A DNA stretch of 64,000 nucleotides from Azolla caroliniana. Taxonomy: Eukaryota > Plantae > Polypodiophyta. This document shows, piece by piece, positions 1 to 13,000 of the stretch (position 1 is its first letter; every line of letters begins with the position of its first letter). Position numbers and translations under genes: made by a program. The stretch lies in NCBI GenBank assembly GCA_043228905.1, contig JBHGNT010000013.1, positions 11,656,001-11,720,000 of the forward strand, written 5' to 3'. The notes beneath the pieces are model-generated. The model saw only the letters and a list, made by a program, of their open reading frames with translations. It searched no databases and was not told the origin of the DNA.

Positions 1-94
1 TTCTTCTTTTCCCTTCTCTCAAAAACTCCATCATCCTTCTTGACATTGCCTCCATGAGATATTCGCCATCCATCTTCGTCCTCCCCTGCTGCTC

Positions 95-112
95 TTCACG
101 TCGGGTTCACCA
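95..112 (-). promoter_or_regulatory. Primer-binding site (tRNA-Trp) of a minus-strand LTR retrotransposon running off the window start
   Basis: The + strand TTCACGTCGGGTTCACCA matches the 3' end of plant cytosolic tRNA-Trp (from recall). It lies 5 nt from an LTR terminus. Confidence 0.75.
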
Positions 113-117
113 AATGA

Positions 118-763
118 TGTCGCGAAGATTCGCGCGTGCGTGTGCTACTCAAGCGACCACCGGGGTCTTGGACTGGGGAGGACGTTCGCGGAATTATCGA
201 CGCTAGATGACGATCAATGTAAGATTAAATGAAAATGGTTTACTTGAGAAGAAGAAAAATTGTACACTTGAGAAGTAGAAAAATATGAAGAAGATAAAGA
301 CAAATTTTATATTGATGATAATGGTGTTGGTGATATCACATATTGAGCCCCCCTTACACAAGCCCAACTAGAGGCTTTTATAGGTCTTTCCATGCTTGTG
401 ACATGCACAAAACCATTGGCTAAAACCATGGTTTTGTGCACACGGTTTTGCTTATGTCATGCACAAACCATGGGTTTAAAACCATGGTTTTGTGCACATG
501 GTTTTCTATGGTTGTTTCGTCTATAATTTGTATATGAAAAGGAAATACATAAAATTTATACTATATGATAGTTGTCCTAGTGGTAAGGCAATTATCTTGT
601 ATCTTAGAGGTGCAAGGTTCAAACCTTGCTTGCACCCCTCTGAATGAACTCAAGTGCCACTAGGCCTTAGGAGGCTTATTTACTAAGTTTATGTGCAATG
701 TTGCACATCCTTGGTTTATTCGTCTCACTCGGTTTCACACCGTAGCCGAAAATCGTCACGACA
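118..763 (-). mobile_element. 5' LTR of a tRNA-Trp-primed LTR retrotransposon
   Basis: Termini TGTCGCGA...TCACGACA with an adjacent PBS. About 445-763 is an inverted, close copy of 53011-53330. Confidence 0.7.
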
Positions 764-830
764 ACGTGGACTCCAGAATGCGAGTTGAAGCGGATTTCGG
801 ATACAGTCTAAAACCGACCCGACTTGAGCT

Positions 831-1197
831 TGAGGGGGCGTGTTGAGAATCAAGCTCAACTTGGTCTAGTGTGTGAACTCACCTTGAGAGTGAAGAGACA
901 CTCCAACGGTCAAGATTCACCATTATGTCACCACTTTGTATTCTAGCATTTAGTATGAGTCATAGAATCATATTCTATGACACATAACTTATGAGCTTTC
1001 ACATTCCCCATGCTCCATGAGCCTAGTAGTTAATGAAGAGAGAGGGTGACTACATAAAGCACTCTCCTCCCACCTTGTAAAATGTTGAGTCTTTCTCCTT
1101 TGCTAATATACTTTTAACCTTGCGTATACTCTGTCTCTCTCTCTGTCTCTATCTCTATCTCACACACACACACAGTTCACACCTATTCCGCTTCACA
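831..1197 (+). mobile_element. Probable PPT plus 3' LTR remnant
   Basis: Purine tract TGAGGGGGCG followed by TGTTGAGAATC, and a CT/CA-rich U5-like stretch. The right end is uncertain. Confidence 0.4.
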
Positions 1198-1246
1198 AGA
1201 ATCTATCTCTTGATTCTTTATAGAGATGACACCACTCATCCGATAC

Positions 1247-3285
1247 TGTCAGGGATAGTACTAGAGGCAAGGAGAATTAGTACTAAAGATAGAGGAGAAG
1301 AATGAGGATTAGTACTCAAAAGGGAAAGAGTGTGTGAGAATCACGAGAGGGGAAGAGAGAGAGAGAGAGAGAGAGAGAATGATGACAACAAGAAGGATAT
1401 TATTATATAAAGAAGAATACAAGAACAACTAGGAAGCTTAAGACTGGCATTGAACCGAATTGGTTCTAAATAATGCCATGTGCCTTTATTTATAGTACTG
1501 TCAGGAGTACTCCTGAAGTATGGCTTCAACCCATGTAACACAAGGTCATGGGTTCAAATCCTTTTGGAGCCATACCATGCCATATCATGACACTATCCCC
1601 CCCTTTAAAAGACGAGTGTTGTCTTTGATTGAGGACCAGGTTTGTCTAGATAATGATGATGGAAGTCCTGATAGGGTTCTAGAATAGTGATGTCCTGATA
1701 GGGTTCTAGAATAGTGAAGTCCTGATAGGGTTCTAGAATACGATTGGGAATAGTGATGTCCTGATAGGGTTCTAGAAGAGAAATATGAAATATAGGATGT
1801 ATCCGTAGTTGTGGAGGTAGCTCAAGGTGAAAAGTGACATCATTAATTTTTCCGTTAATACAGAACGGCCCTAATAGTCAATAATCCAATTTGTCACATG
1901 GTCGAGTAGTTTTTATGTGTCGTCGTAATAGTCATACACGATCTCCAATATCAAAACTGGATAGAATTCGATGATGATCCGCATAATCTTTTTGTGTTTG
2001 TTGGGCTTGATGTAGGTGGGTAGATAGTTCTGCCTGAATTTTTCGTAGCCGCTCCAAATGATTCTCTACACTAGGATTTGTGGGTAACTCATGAGTTTCT
2101 AATACACACTAGCGAGGATGATGGCATGTATAAGCATAGAATGGTGTAACCTTAGTAGAGGAGTGGATAAAATTATTATAAGCAAATTCAGCCAAATGCA
2201 GAATATTTGCCCAATCATCTGGTTGATAGCTTAGAGAACACCAACGATATAGTTCCAACGTTTGATTTGTACGTTCTGCTTGTCCATCTGTTTGGGGATG
2301 ATAGCCGGATGAGAGGTTGTAGGTGACCTTGAGCATTTTGAAGAGATGCTTCCAAAATATAGAGACGAATTGTGGTCCACGATCATTGATGATACTATTG
2401 GGAAGACCATGATGCCGAAATACTTCACGCATAACAATTCCTGTAGTTTCTTCACTAGTGATTTCTTTAGTACAGGGCAAGAAATGTGTCATCTTAGTAT
2501 ACCGATCAACCACTGGTAAGATCGCTTTGAAGCCCTTCGAATCCGGAAGATCTGTGATAAAATCTACAGAAATAGATTGCCATGGATTGCTGGGGATGGG
2601 TAATGGCTCCAATAAACCATATGGATGATGTTTGGGCATCTTCATTTTGCAACATGTATCACATATCCGAACGCAGTCTTCGACAAATCTTCGCATATGC
2701 AACCACCAAAATGATCATTGTACTAAATCCAACAGGTTAGTACTGCTAAAATGTCCAATTTTGTATGTGTCATGACAATTTTGAACTACTCGAAGACGAC
2801 ATGGACCATTGGGAACATACAAAAGTTTCTTAAAGAAGAGTAATCCATCATGACATTCGAATTGTCGATAATCCATACCTGGTTATTGTGAATGAGAACA
2901 GGATGCCTGAGAGGAATCAATTTGATCTAGAATAACTTGAGCGAAAACATTTGTCTTCAAATCTTCACGTATGGTATCAATAAGGCGGGAATCTAATGGG
3001 GTGTCAAACCAACGTTGCTTGGAGTTGTGTCGGACCCAGGATTACTTGCTTTTGATTATCAAATGTCGGATCACTAGGACGAGGTGCTAGATACGAGTGT
3101 TGTGATAATGCATCTGCCTTCCCTTGTTGCTTACCTGGACGATATGTAATCTTGAAGTCGAAACAAGTGAGGAATTGGGCCCACCAAGGTTGTCGTCTAT
3201 TTAATACACGAGCATTCTAGAAGTAGGCAAGATTCTTGTGATCACTAAATACAATGGCTTGATGAGGAGATCCTTCAAGTACATT
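1247..3285 (-). mobile_element. Truncated Ty3/Gypsy element: RNaseH-integrase fragment, PPT and 3' LTR (1247-1592)
   Basis: ORF 2109-2702 has integrase motifs (PWQSISVDFITDLP, DRGPQF, YHPQTDGQAER). PPT AAAGGGGGGGATAG precedes an LTR with TGTCA...TGACA termini. Stops and frameshifts present. Confidence 0.85.
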
Positions 3286-3309
3286 TGAAATCAATGAATT
3301 GGTTCAAAC

Positions 3310-3314
<5 letters not shown>

Positions 3315-3349
<35 letters not shown>

Positions 3350-4685
3350 ATTATCGTCTTTGGAGGTCAAATATGACCAATGAGACCAAAAATATTACAT
3401 TTCACGTGATACGTGTGAAAGTGAGTAGTGACTATTGATGTTCAAGAACTTTACCAATGAATGTTGCAATTGAGATTGCACACTATGGTTGTAAGAGGGA
3501 TTTATGCAAGGATTGGGCTCAGTCGAAGAGATGCAGAAAGCATGGTCGAATATGATCAATGGCAGAGCATTGTATCAAAGTGTGATACTCAGACTCGCAA
3601 ACTTATTTAGGGAAAACTGTGCATAGCCGACCACTCTCATCACTTGTGCCCCAACGCCCTATCTCACATCGCAATGCATGTGAGCTAAGTTGCATGGAAG
3701 CAATGGTTCGAATGGCACATAATAGTATGGGCTCTAACATGTATCGATGTGTACGATTTCCCCGCTCCGCAAAGAATATGGTTTTGTATTAGGTGCAACA
3801 CGTGTAGTATAATGTGAGAAGCGTGAGCCTCCACATTTGTCCCATGTCATGATATATTGGCGTTGCAAAAAGGCCTCATTTACAGAGGAATCTAATGATG
3901 CATCATCATGAAGCAAGTGTCTCACATCCCATCTACCAAACCATTTTTCTATATCATGCATCCAACCGGAACACAAAATTTTGGATCTTTTTGCTTGCTT
4001 CCCACGCAATTCTAGGAAGTCGATGTGAGGGACTTTTTTGAACCTTAAGCATGTATTCAACAACCCTTTCCATGGCCATGATCTCAATTGGAAGCAATCC
4101 CGTCTCAAGGAGGAGGAGGGTGTAGAGCGTTTGTTTCTTAACTTGTAGAAACTTTGTAAGAAAATGTTTTTGGACATTTTCAAACTCTTTCCACATAGAT
4201 TTAGGGATGCTACCACCCCATACTTCCACCCCATAGAGAAGAACCAGTGTCACCAAAGTTTCGAAAAGATATTTCTTGAGGACCCAACACTTAATATCTC
4301 CAAGATTGCATGTGTTCTCAAATGAATAGTATGCTCGTTTACCCGCCTCTAAGCGGCGTGTAGCACATTCATTCCATCTATGATTTGAAGGAACTTCAAG
4401 GCCAAGATATTTGAAGCTTTCCACACATTCAAGTGGCTCATTGTTGTACATAATGCATGGTTTATCTCTTTTTTGGCACTTCACAATCATAATCTTCGTT
4501 TTAGAGCTATTGACACTTAATTTAGTATGCATGCAAATGTTTTCCAATGCCTTCATAAGCTTTTGTACATCTCCTAAATTATTTGCAAAAAGCACTACAT
4601 CATCTGCATATAGCAAAAGCATAATCACAACATTCCCAATGACAACTTCTTCAACACATTCTTCCTTTGCAAACTTGGTAACCAT
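3315..4685 (-). mobile_element. 5'-truncated non-LTR retrotransposon (LINE): RT plus C-terminal Cys/His region
   Basis: ORF 3954-4685 has LLYADD and FKYLG RT motifs. A broken frame downstream reads SHALRCEIGRW..RLC..ESEYH..C. A (TC)n tract lies near the 3' end. Confidence 0.85.
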
Positions 4686-4714
4686 TTCAATTCATCAATG
4701 CATAGACCAAATAG

Positions 4715-6960
4715 TGTTGGTGAGAGACAGACAGACAGACAGAGTTGAAAGGAAAGTATTATATTGCACTATAAGATGGATTACAAAGAGTAGGCAACAA
4801 GGAGCTCTAGAATGGTGTTGAACCAATTTGGTTTTGGGATGATTAATAGATCCCTATTTATAAGTCCCTATAGAGTATTCTAGAAGGTTCTAGAAGGTTC
4901 TAGAATATATAGAACACTTAGAATATTCTAGGACATTCTAGAATATCCTTAGAGTATTCTAGAAGGTTCTAAAATATAGAACATTCTAGAATATTCTAGG
5001 ACATTCTAGAATGTAGAGTAATCTAGAATATTCTATATATTCTAAAAACTATACATATAAACATATCATTACAATGGTTAAGGATTTGACACGTATATAA
5101 CAAAGTTGTGGGTTCAAATCTGTTCGAGGCATCATGACACTATCCCCCTTCTTCGACGGCAGATATCATGAGTCATATGGTTCGTACAAGGACCTGGTTT
5201 ACGAGGATATTGGCGATGAAATGTGGTGACCATGTCCGTGGCAATGACAAGATTTGCTGCAGGTTCCCAAGTTCGATCATTGGGTGTATAGACTAACCAA
5301 TCAACCAAGTAATACAACTTGTTGTGCACGATTTTAGAATCGAGAATGGCAACAACCTCAAATTCGGGTCCTTCCAAGAACTCAATAGGTGGTGGGGGAG
5401 TTGTAAGATGACCTGGAATTGAACTTGTGGTCTAAGGTTCCAAAAGGGATACATGAAACACCAGATGAAGACGCATGTGTGGAGGGAGGCCAAGATGAAA
5501 TGCAACATCACTTATCTTACCAATGATCAAGTACGGGCCAAAGCGTTGGTAATCCAATTTACCGCAAGGCCTAGTGGTCTTAATGTTGTTTTGGAGAAGC
5601 CATACACGAGATCCGCAAGCCTCTTGTGTGTAACTTTAGCATCATGCAAATTGTGGAGAATGGTAGCATGAATTTCTTGGAGGCGACTAAGAAGATCGTT
5701 AGCAACAGGGTTGGTAGGAACTTATGGATGCACATTCATTGTCCAACGATGATGACAACCCATATTTGCAAAAAAAGGGGAATATCCCGTAGAAGAATGG
5801 ACTGAGTTGTTGTAAGCTAATTCAGCCAAGTGCAAAAAATCAACCCAATTATCTTGTTGGTAGTTGATGAAACAACGAAGATATTGCTCCAAAGTCTGGT
5901 TGGTACACACGATTTGGCCATTAGTCTCGAGATGATAGCCCAAAGAAAGCTTAGCTGAAATTCAGAGCAATTTGAACATGTGCTTCCAAAACTTTGAGAT
6001 GAATTGTGGACCACGATCACTAACAATATCATCCCGAAGGCCATGATGCTTGAATACCTCCCACATAACTAGATCGATTGCCTCTTGACTAGTAATGGAC
6101 TTTGTACATGGCAAGAAATGTGCCATTTTGGTAAGTCGATCGACCACCATGAGAATTGCATCAAAACCTTTCGAAACTGGGAGATCGATAATGAAATCCA
6201 AGGATATAGACTTCCAAGGATTTTCCGGAATGGGAAGTGGCCGATGCTCTAGAAATGTATTGGCCTTCACCTTATCAAAGACGTTTGAGAACTCTTTGTA
6301 TTTCTTTGGTAGTTTGATGTCCGGCTCATGTAAGATGGATGATGGAGTTGCTACTATTGTGAATACGAACATGTCCTTGTTCCCCCCTTCCTCACGTAAC
6401 CAACATAGAGAGATGGTCGATAACTTATGGGATCCAGTATCAAATGTCAGAGATTTGAGGGATGCGAGCTTTGTTCTTTTTTCCTAGGTTTCCTCAATTG
6501 TTCTTTTCATCAAATCAATCTTTGGGTTATGGAGTTTAAACCAAGGGAGACCTAGAACTAATCGGTGTATCAGACTACATATAATGTTGAAAGAGATTAT
6601 GCTTGCCAAATCGCCAAGAACTACACGAATTGGCTCGGACTCCTCGACTATATCACCTGATGTTATGGGACAGCCATCGATGACTCCTATGGCTACTGGG
6701 TTCGGGAGCTTATTCAAGAGGATGTTTTGTGTCAATGCAAACTCACGATCCATGAAACAAGAGTTGGCTCTAGAATCTAGGAGGGCAGAGGCTAAGACTC
6801 GATATCATGTAGATGTGGTAAGCTCGACTTGTGCAGAAAAAACCCTACTAACATGTGCACTTTCTAGACGTCAAGTAGGGTTGTCATGTGCACTTTCTTG
6901 GTATACTTGACGTCTAGGCTTATATGGATAATTCACAACTATATTTCTTGGACCGCCATA
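4715..6960 (-). mobile_element. Internally deleted Ty3/Gypsy chromovirus: protease, integrase, chromodomain, PPT and 3' LTR (to 5139)
   Basis: Protease LLDSRANSCFMD at ~6750-6790, integrase ORFs 5722-6372, chromodomain EFEVVAILDS..YYLVDW..RTWEP (5132-5377), then PPT and TGTCATGAT. Confidence 0.85.
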
Positions 6961-8710
6961 CTGGGAAGTCGATTCCGACTTTTGTTGCTTCCAATCCTCA
7001 ATCGTCTTGTCTTCCAAGAAGACTATGTCAAGAATCCTCACTACTTTCTTATCGACTAACTCTCATAGCTTGTAGCCGAACTCGTCCTCTGAGTATCCCA
7101 TAAATATGCATGGTTTCGACTTGTTGTCGAGCTTCGACCTCTGATCCATAGCCACATGCATATACACCTGACATTTGAACACCTGCAGGTGTCGGTAGGA
7201 GACATCCTTGCCTGTCCACTCCCTCTGTGGGACATCACCTTTCAATGGCACTGAGGGAGACCTATTGATCAGATAAACAATTGTATACATTGCCTCAGCC
7301 CAATATGATTTTGGCAACTTAGCATGCGACAACATGCTTCTCACTCTCTCCATAATCGTTTGATTCATCCTCTTTGCAAGCCCATTCAACTCAGGGGTCT
7401 TCGACACTATGTATTCGATTTGAATACCTTGGGTTTTGCAGTATTCCTCGAATTGCCCTCTATATTCGCCACCATTGTCTATTCGGACAGCCTTCAACTT
7501 CCAGCCCAACTCTCTTTTGGGCATTGCTTGGAACTCCTTGAAGAACGACAATACTTGGTCCTTCGACTTTAGTACGAAAACACGCAACTTCCGACTCTAA
7601 TCATCAATGAACGTCACGAAGTATTGTCCACCTCGATGCGATGGTGCATGTACATAACACACATCCGTATGTACTAGTTCCAACGACACCTCTCTTCTTC
7701 TCGGTGGTCTTGAGTGGAATTTTGCTCTGTTCTACTTTCTGACTAAGCAGTCGACACACTTCTCCAAGAGCACTCCTTTCACTTATGGGAGAAGTTCCTC
7801 ATCGGCTAGGATATGCATTCCCTTGTCACTCATGTGGCCTAGTCTCTTAAGCCATAACTCTCCACTCGAGTCGGCAACCACGTTCACTTCCGACTAGCAT
7901 GATCAGGCATGCATCATATACAGTGTGCCCTCTTTCTGTGATCGGGCCACTATGAGGTTTCCTCGGTAGAACTTCCACTTGACGTTTCGAAAACTACCAT
8001 TGTAGCCTTCATCATCCAATCTTCCAGTCGATATCAAATTCAGTCTAATATCGGGGACATGTCAAACTTCCCTCAGAGTCAGACGACAACCTGTCGATGT
8101 CATTAGGCTTACACTTCCAATGTTGGCTATCTTGCACTCACCATTATCTCCCATCTTTACATAGCCATGATCATTGGTTGTGTAAGTCGAGAAACACTCT
8201 CTCGACGGAGTTATGTGGGAAGATGCACTTGAGTCAATTACCAAGGTACATTCTTCACTTGCAAGATTTGTGCTTGCCTGCTCACATATGAACAAGATCT
8301 CCTCTGCACTCGTAGCTATGACTGATATGCCCCTTTTCATCAAGAATCTTCCTAGGTTTGACATTATTACAGATACTCTTGTCCTTCTTGAGGAGCCAGT
8401 AGTCCTTTTGGAAGTGTCTAGGATTTCCACAATAAAAGCATGTCAGCTTGCCTCTGGACTTGGATCTGGCTTGGGATTTGTCCCTTCTTTGTGGACTTCT
8501 TTCCCGATTCCTTCCTCTGTCAGTATGTTGAGTTAGGTTTGACTCCGACTGGGACAAGACACCCTTGTCATTCCTTCTAGTCTCCTCGTTCAAGATGCTT
8601 GTCTTTACCACTTGTAGAGACAAGTTCTCTTCTTGACACGAGGTGTTGAGAGTCACCACCAGATTCTCCCAGTTGTCTGGCAGGGTACACAATAGTAGGA
8701 TGGTCATTCA
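6960..8710 (-). mobile_element. Degenerate Ty1/Copia fragment (gag, protease, integrase)
   Basis: LLCTLPDNW gag motif, degenerate zinc knuckle CFYCGNPRH, VIDSSAS protease, DNGGEY/ELNGLA integrase (7063-7587). Confidence 0.85.
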
Positions 8711-9048
8711 AACTCTAATACCCCCGTGGGTATTTCTGCTCGGTCTATGGGCTCATACAGTTCTTTAACTATGAGAAGGTCTTAAATCTTTATCTTCCAG
8801 TCTGCATAGTTCTGAGAGTTTAGAACTACCATAGCTAGGAAGCCACTCACACATGTGAAGAATAACGCGGAATATAGCTCGGCCACAACCGAGTCTTGAA
8901 CACTTCTCCTTGAGAATCAAACACAAAAATGGGAAGTAGGGAGTGAACGTACGTACACACACAAGTCGATAGAGAGGACACAAGATGTTTACGTGGAAAA
9001 CTCTGAATGGAAAAACTACGGGAGCCCACTGACTCCGAACTATCACTA

Positions 9049-10040
9049 AACTCAAAGGTACAGTCAGAGACTCGGAGGCAACAACCTCGAGCTCTGTTTC
9101 ATCGCCAAGCAGCGGTTACAATAGAATATCACTTTGTATCTCCTCTCTCGCTCTCTTTGTCACTATACAACAATATGACAACTCTATCCTATATAAAGTG
9201 ATTGCCCTAAGTCATATTTATACTTATATGAACTTAGGGCTATTTACAAATATAGCCTCAATAGGCTTACTCAACACATTTACAAGTATGTCTTCTCTTC
9301 CCGCTCTCACCGGGTCCATCCGATCCAGTTTCCGGATCTCTTCCGGTTCTCACCAGGCCCTCTTTATTCATAACTGGATCCCATCCGGAGGGACCGATTT
9401 CCCAACAATCTCCCCCTTCACTCCGGCATGGGATGTCTCGTCAACCCAATCCGCTTTCGGCACGCGTCCAGCTTGTCGGTCGTCAACACCTTGGTTAGTA
9501 TATCCGACTTGTTCTCCTCTGTGTGGATCTTCGTCAGCACGAACTCGAAGGTACAGTCAGAGACTCGGAGGCAACAACCTCGAGCTCTGTTTCATCGCCA
9601 AGCAGCGGTTACAATAGAATATCACTCTATATCTCCTCTCTTGCTCTCTTTGTCACTATACAACAATATGACAACTCTATCCTATATAAAGTGATTGCCC
9701 TAAGTCATATTTATACTTATATGAACTTAGGGCTATTTACAAATATAGCCTCAATAGGCTTACTCAACACATTTACAAGTATGTCTTCTCTTCCCGCTCT
9801 CACCGGGTCCATCCGATCCGGTTTCCGGATCTCTTCCGGTTCTCACCAGGCCCTCTTTATTCATAACTGGATCCCATCCGGAGGGACCGATTTCCCAACA
9901 ATCTCCCCCTTCACTCCGGCATGGGATGTCTCGTCAGCCCAATCCGCTTTCGACACGCGTCCAGCTTGTCGGTCGTCAACACCTTGGTTAGTATATCCGA
10001 CTTGTTCTCCTCTGTGTGGATCTTCGTCAACACGAACTCT
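9049..10040. repeat. 493-bp tandem duplication of RNaseH end, PPT and partial 3' LTR
   Basis: Sequence at 9061 recurs at 9554, and 9401 at 9894. AACTC microhomology at the junction. Confidence 0.85.
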
Positions 10041-13000
10041 TGATCTTCTACTCTCTCCCGGATCCAGTGGTACCTCCGTTGGATATGTTTCATCCGGGAA
10101 TGGTAGGCCGCGTTCTTTGCAAGGTGCATGGCACTTTGAGTGTCGCAGTAGAGCCGGTATTCCTCCTGTTGGATCCCTAGCTCTCCGATGAAGTCCTTCA
10201 TCCAAATTATCTCCTTGTCAGCTTCTACAACTGCCATGTACTCCGCTCCGCCTCCGTGGTTGATAACGCAACCATCTTCTGTAGCCTCGTCTGCCACGAA
10301 ACAACTGCCCCTACATAAGTCATGACATATATCCGGATGTAGACCGGTTGTTATCCACATTAGCTGACATATCCGAATCCATCAATCCGTCAAGTTGGGG
10401 ATTACCGGAGCTGAACCGGAGGCACATACTCGTGGTGCCTTTCAAATACTTGAGTATCCACTTGACCGCGGTCCAGTGCTCTCTTCTGGGATTGCTCATG
10501 AACTGGCTTACCATTCTAACTGCATATCCGATATCCGGCCGGGTACATACCATCGCATACATCAAGATTCTGACGATAGAGGCATATGGTATCGTCATCA
10601 TATCCGTCTTCTCGGCCTTTGTCCGCAGACTTTGTTTTCTGGATAGCTTGCAGTTTTTCGGAAGTGTCGATCCGACCGGCTTCGCCTCCGACATGTTGAA
10701 CCGTTGAAGCACCTTTGTCACGTACTTCTCCTGTGACAACCACAACAGTTTCTTCGACCGGTCTCGGATGATGTGCATTCCCAATATCTATCTTGCCGGA
10801 CCCAAGTCTTTCATTGAGAAGGTTCAGTTCAGAGCCTTCTTCAGCATCCGAATCTTGCCTTGGTCTCGTCCGACGATCAACATATCATCCAAATATAGGA
10901 GAAGTATCAAGAAGTCTCCTTCGCCAAATTTCTTCCCAAACATGCAGTGATCAGCCTGCGTCTTGTGGTACCCTTGGTCGGTCATGAAGGAGTCAAACTT
11001 CCGGTACCATTGCCGGGGAACATGCTTCAATCCGTACAAGCTCTTCTTCAGCCAGCACACCAGGTGCTCCTTCCATTTCTTCTCAAATCCTTCTAGTTGA
11101 TGCATGTAGATCTCTTCTTCGAGGTCACCATGTAGGAATGTCGTCTTCACGTCCAATTGCTCTACCTCGAGGTCCATGCTTGTTGTTATGCTCAATACCG
11201 TCCGGATGGATGTCATCTTTACTACCAGGGCAAAGATCTCATCGAAGTTCACTCCTTTCTTCTGCTGGAAGCCCTTCAACACGATCTAGGCTTTGTACCT
11301 TGGTGGATTTCCGGCGTCGCCTAGTTTCAGCTTGTACACCCACTTGTTCTAGAGTGCTCTCTTCCCTTTCAGCAACTCCGTCAGTTCGTATGTGTGGTTC
11401 ACATGCAGGGAATCCATCTCGTCCTGCATGGCACTAAACCACTTGCGGAGGTGGGTGTCTCTCTTTGCTTCTTCGAAGCTTTCCGGCTCCCCCTCATCGA
11501 TTAGCAACACATGATCTGCATTAGAAAATCTCTAGGGGGCTCTTCTCTCTCGGAGAGGATATCTCCATCCTTGGCTTCTAACTACCGGTTCCTCTGTTTG
11601 TTCCGAATCCGAATCCGATTCGGGATCTTGTCTGGTTCCGGTGTCTTCTTCTTCTTCTTCAGTCGGTTCAGTTTCTTGTCCGTATCCGGCCGGTTCGTTG
11701 AGTGTCATCCGTTTGCCGGCCAACATCCGGTTTTCAACCGGGTAGGTCCTTGTGTCCTCAAACCGGTTTTCATTGGATGATCTGGAGTTCATCACCTTCT
11801 TCTCCGACTCCCAGTTCGCAATGGTCCTATCTTCCATGAAGACTATGTCCTGACTCTGGAACACCTTCTTGTCGACCAGATCCCACACCTAGTAACCGAA
11901 CTCATCATCACCGTATCCAAGGAATATGGATGGCCTAGACTTTGGATCCAGCTTTGCTCTCTTGTCCTTCGTCACATGCACGTATGAGAGACACCGGAAC
12001 ACCTTCAGATGGAGGTAAGATACATCTTTACCGGTCCATACTTTCTAGGTGAGTCTCCTCCCAAGGGTACTGAGGGTGATCTGTTTATCACGTAGGTCGT
12101 AGTCGTCAGCGCCTCAGCCCAAAATGTCTTGGGTAACTTGGCATGTGTGAGCATACTCCGGACTCTCTCCATTATGGTCCGGTTCATCCTTTCGGCCAGC
12201 CCGTTCAATTCCGGCGTCTTCGGCACGATGAATTCGAACCAGATTCCCTTCGACCTACAACACTCCTCGAACTGCCCCCGGTATTCTCCTCCGTTGTCCG
12301 CTCGAACCGCCTTCAGCTTCTGGCCGGTTTCTCTTTCCACTCTCATGGAGCTCCTTGAAGACGAATAGCACCTAATCTTTGTCTTCAACGGTGAGACCCA
12401 CAACTTCCGGTTGTGGTCATCTATGAACGTCATGAAGTACTGTGATCCAACATGTGATTTCATGTCCACTTGACACACATCAGTATGCACCAGCTCCAGT
12501 GGTGCATTCCATCTCATCGGCGATCTTGACCGGAAGGAGGTTCGGTTTTGCTTGCCGGCTAAGCAATCGGTGCACTTCCTAGGTTGCACGTCCTTCACCG
12601 GAATGAGATTGTCTTCGACAAGTCTCTTCATCCCCTTCTGACTCATGTGACACAACCTCTTGTGCCACAACTCACCAACAGTGTCGGATGCTACGTTCAC
12701 TTCTTCCCGGCATATCCGAGCATGCATCAGATATAACGTGTTGATATTCCGGGCTCGAACCACTATTAGGCTCCCTTTTCTGAACTTCATGACTCCGTTC
12801 CGGATGTTACCCATATAGTCTTCATCATTTAGTCGACCGGATGATATCCGGTTCAGTCGAACCTCCGGAACGTGTTGGGCATCCTTCAACAGCAACTTGC
12901 ATCCGGTTGATGTCGTCAACAACACATCTCCTATGCCAACAATTCGGCATGTACCTTCATTCCCCATCCGAACACAACCGTGATCTCCGGCTGTGTAGGA

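Noticed and set aside
566-632. Functional tRNA gene
   Set aside because: A and B boxes are present but there is no consistent acceptor or anticodon stem, and it lies inside an LTR.
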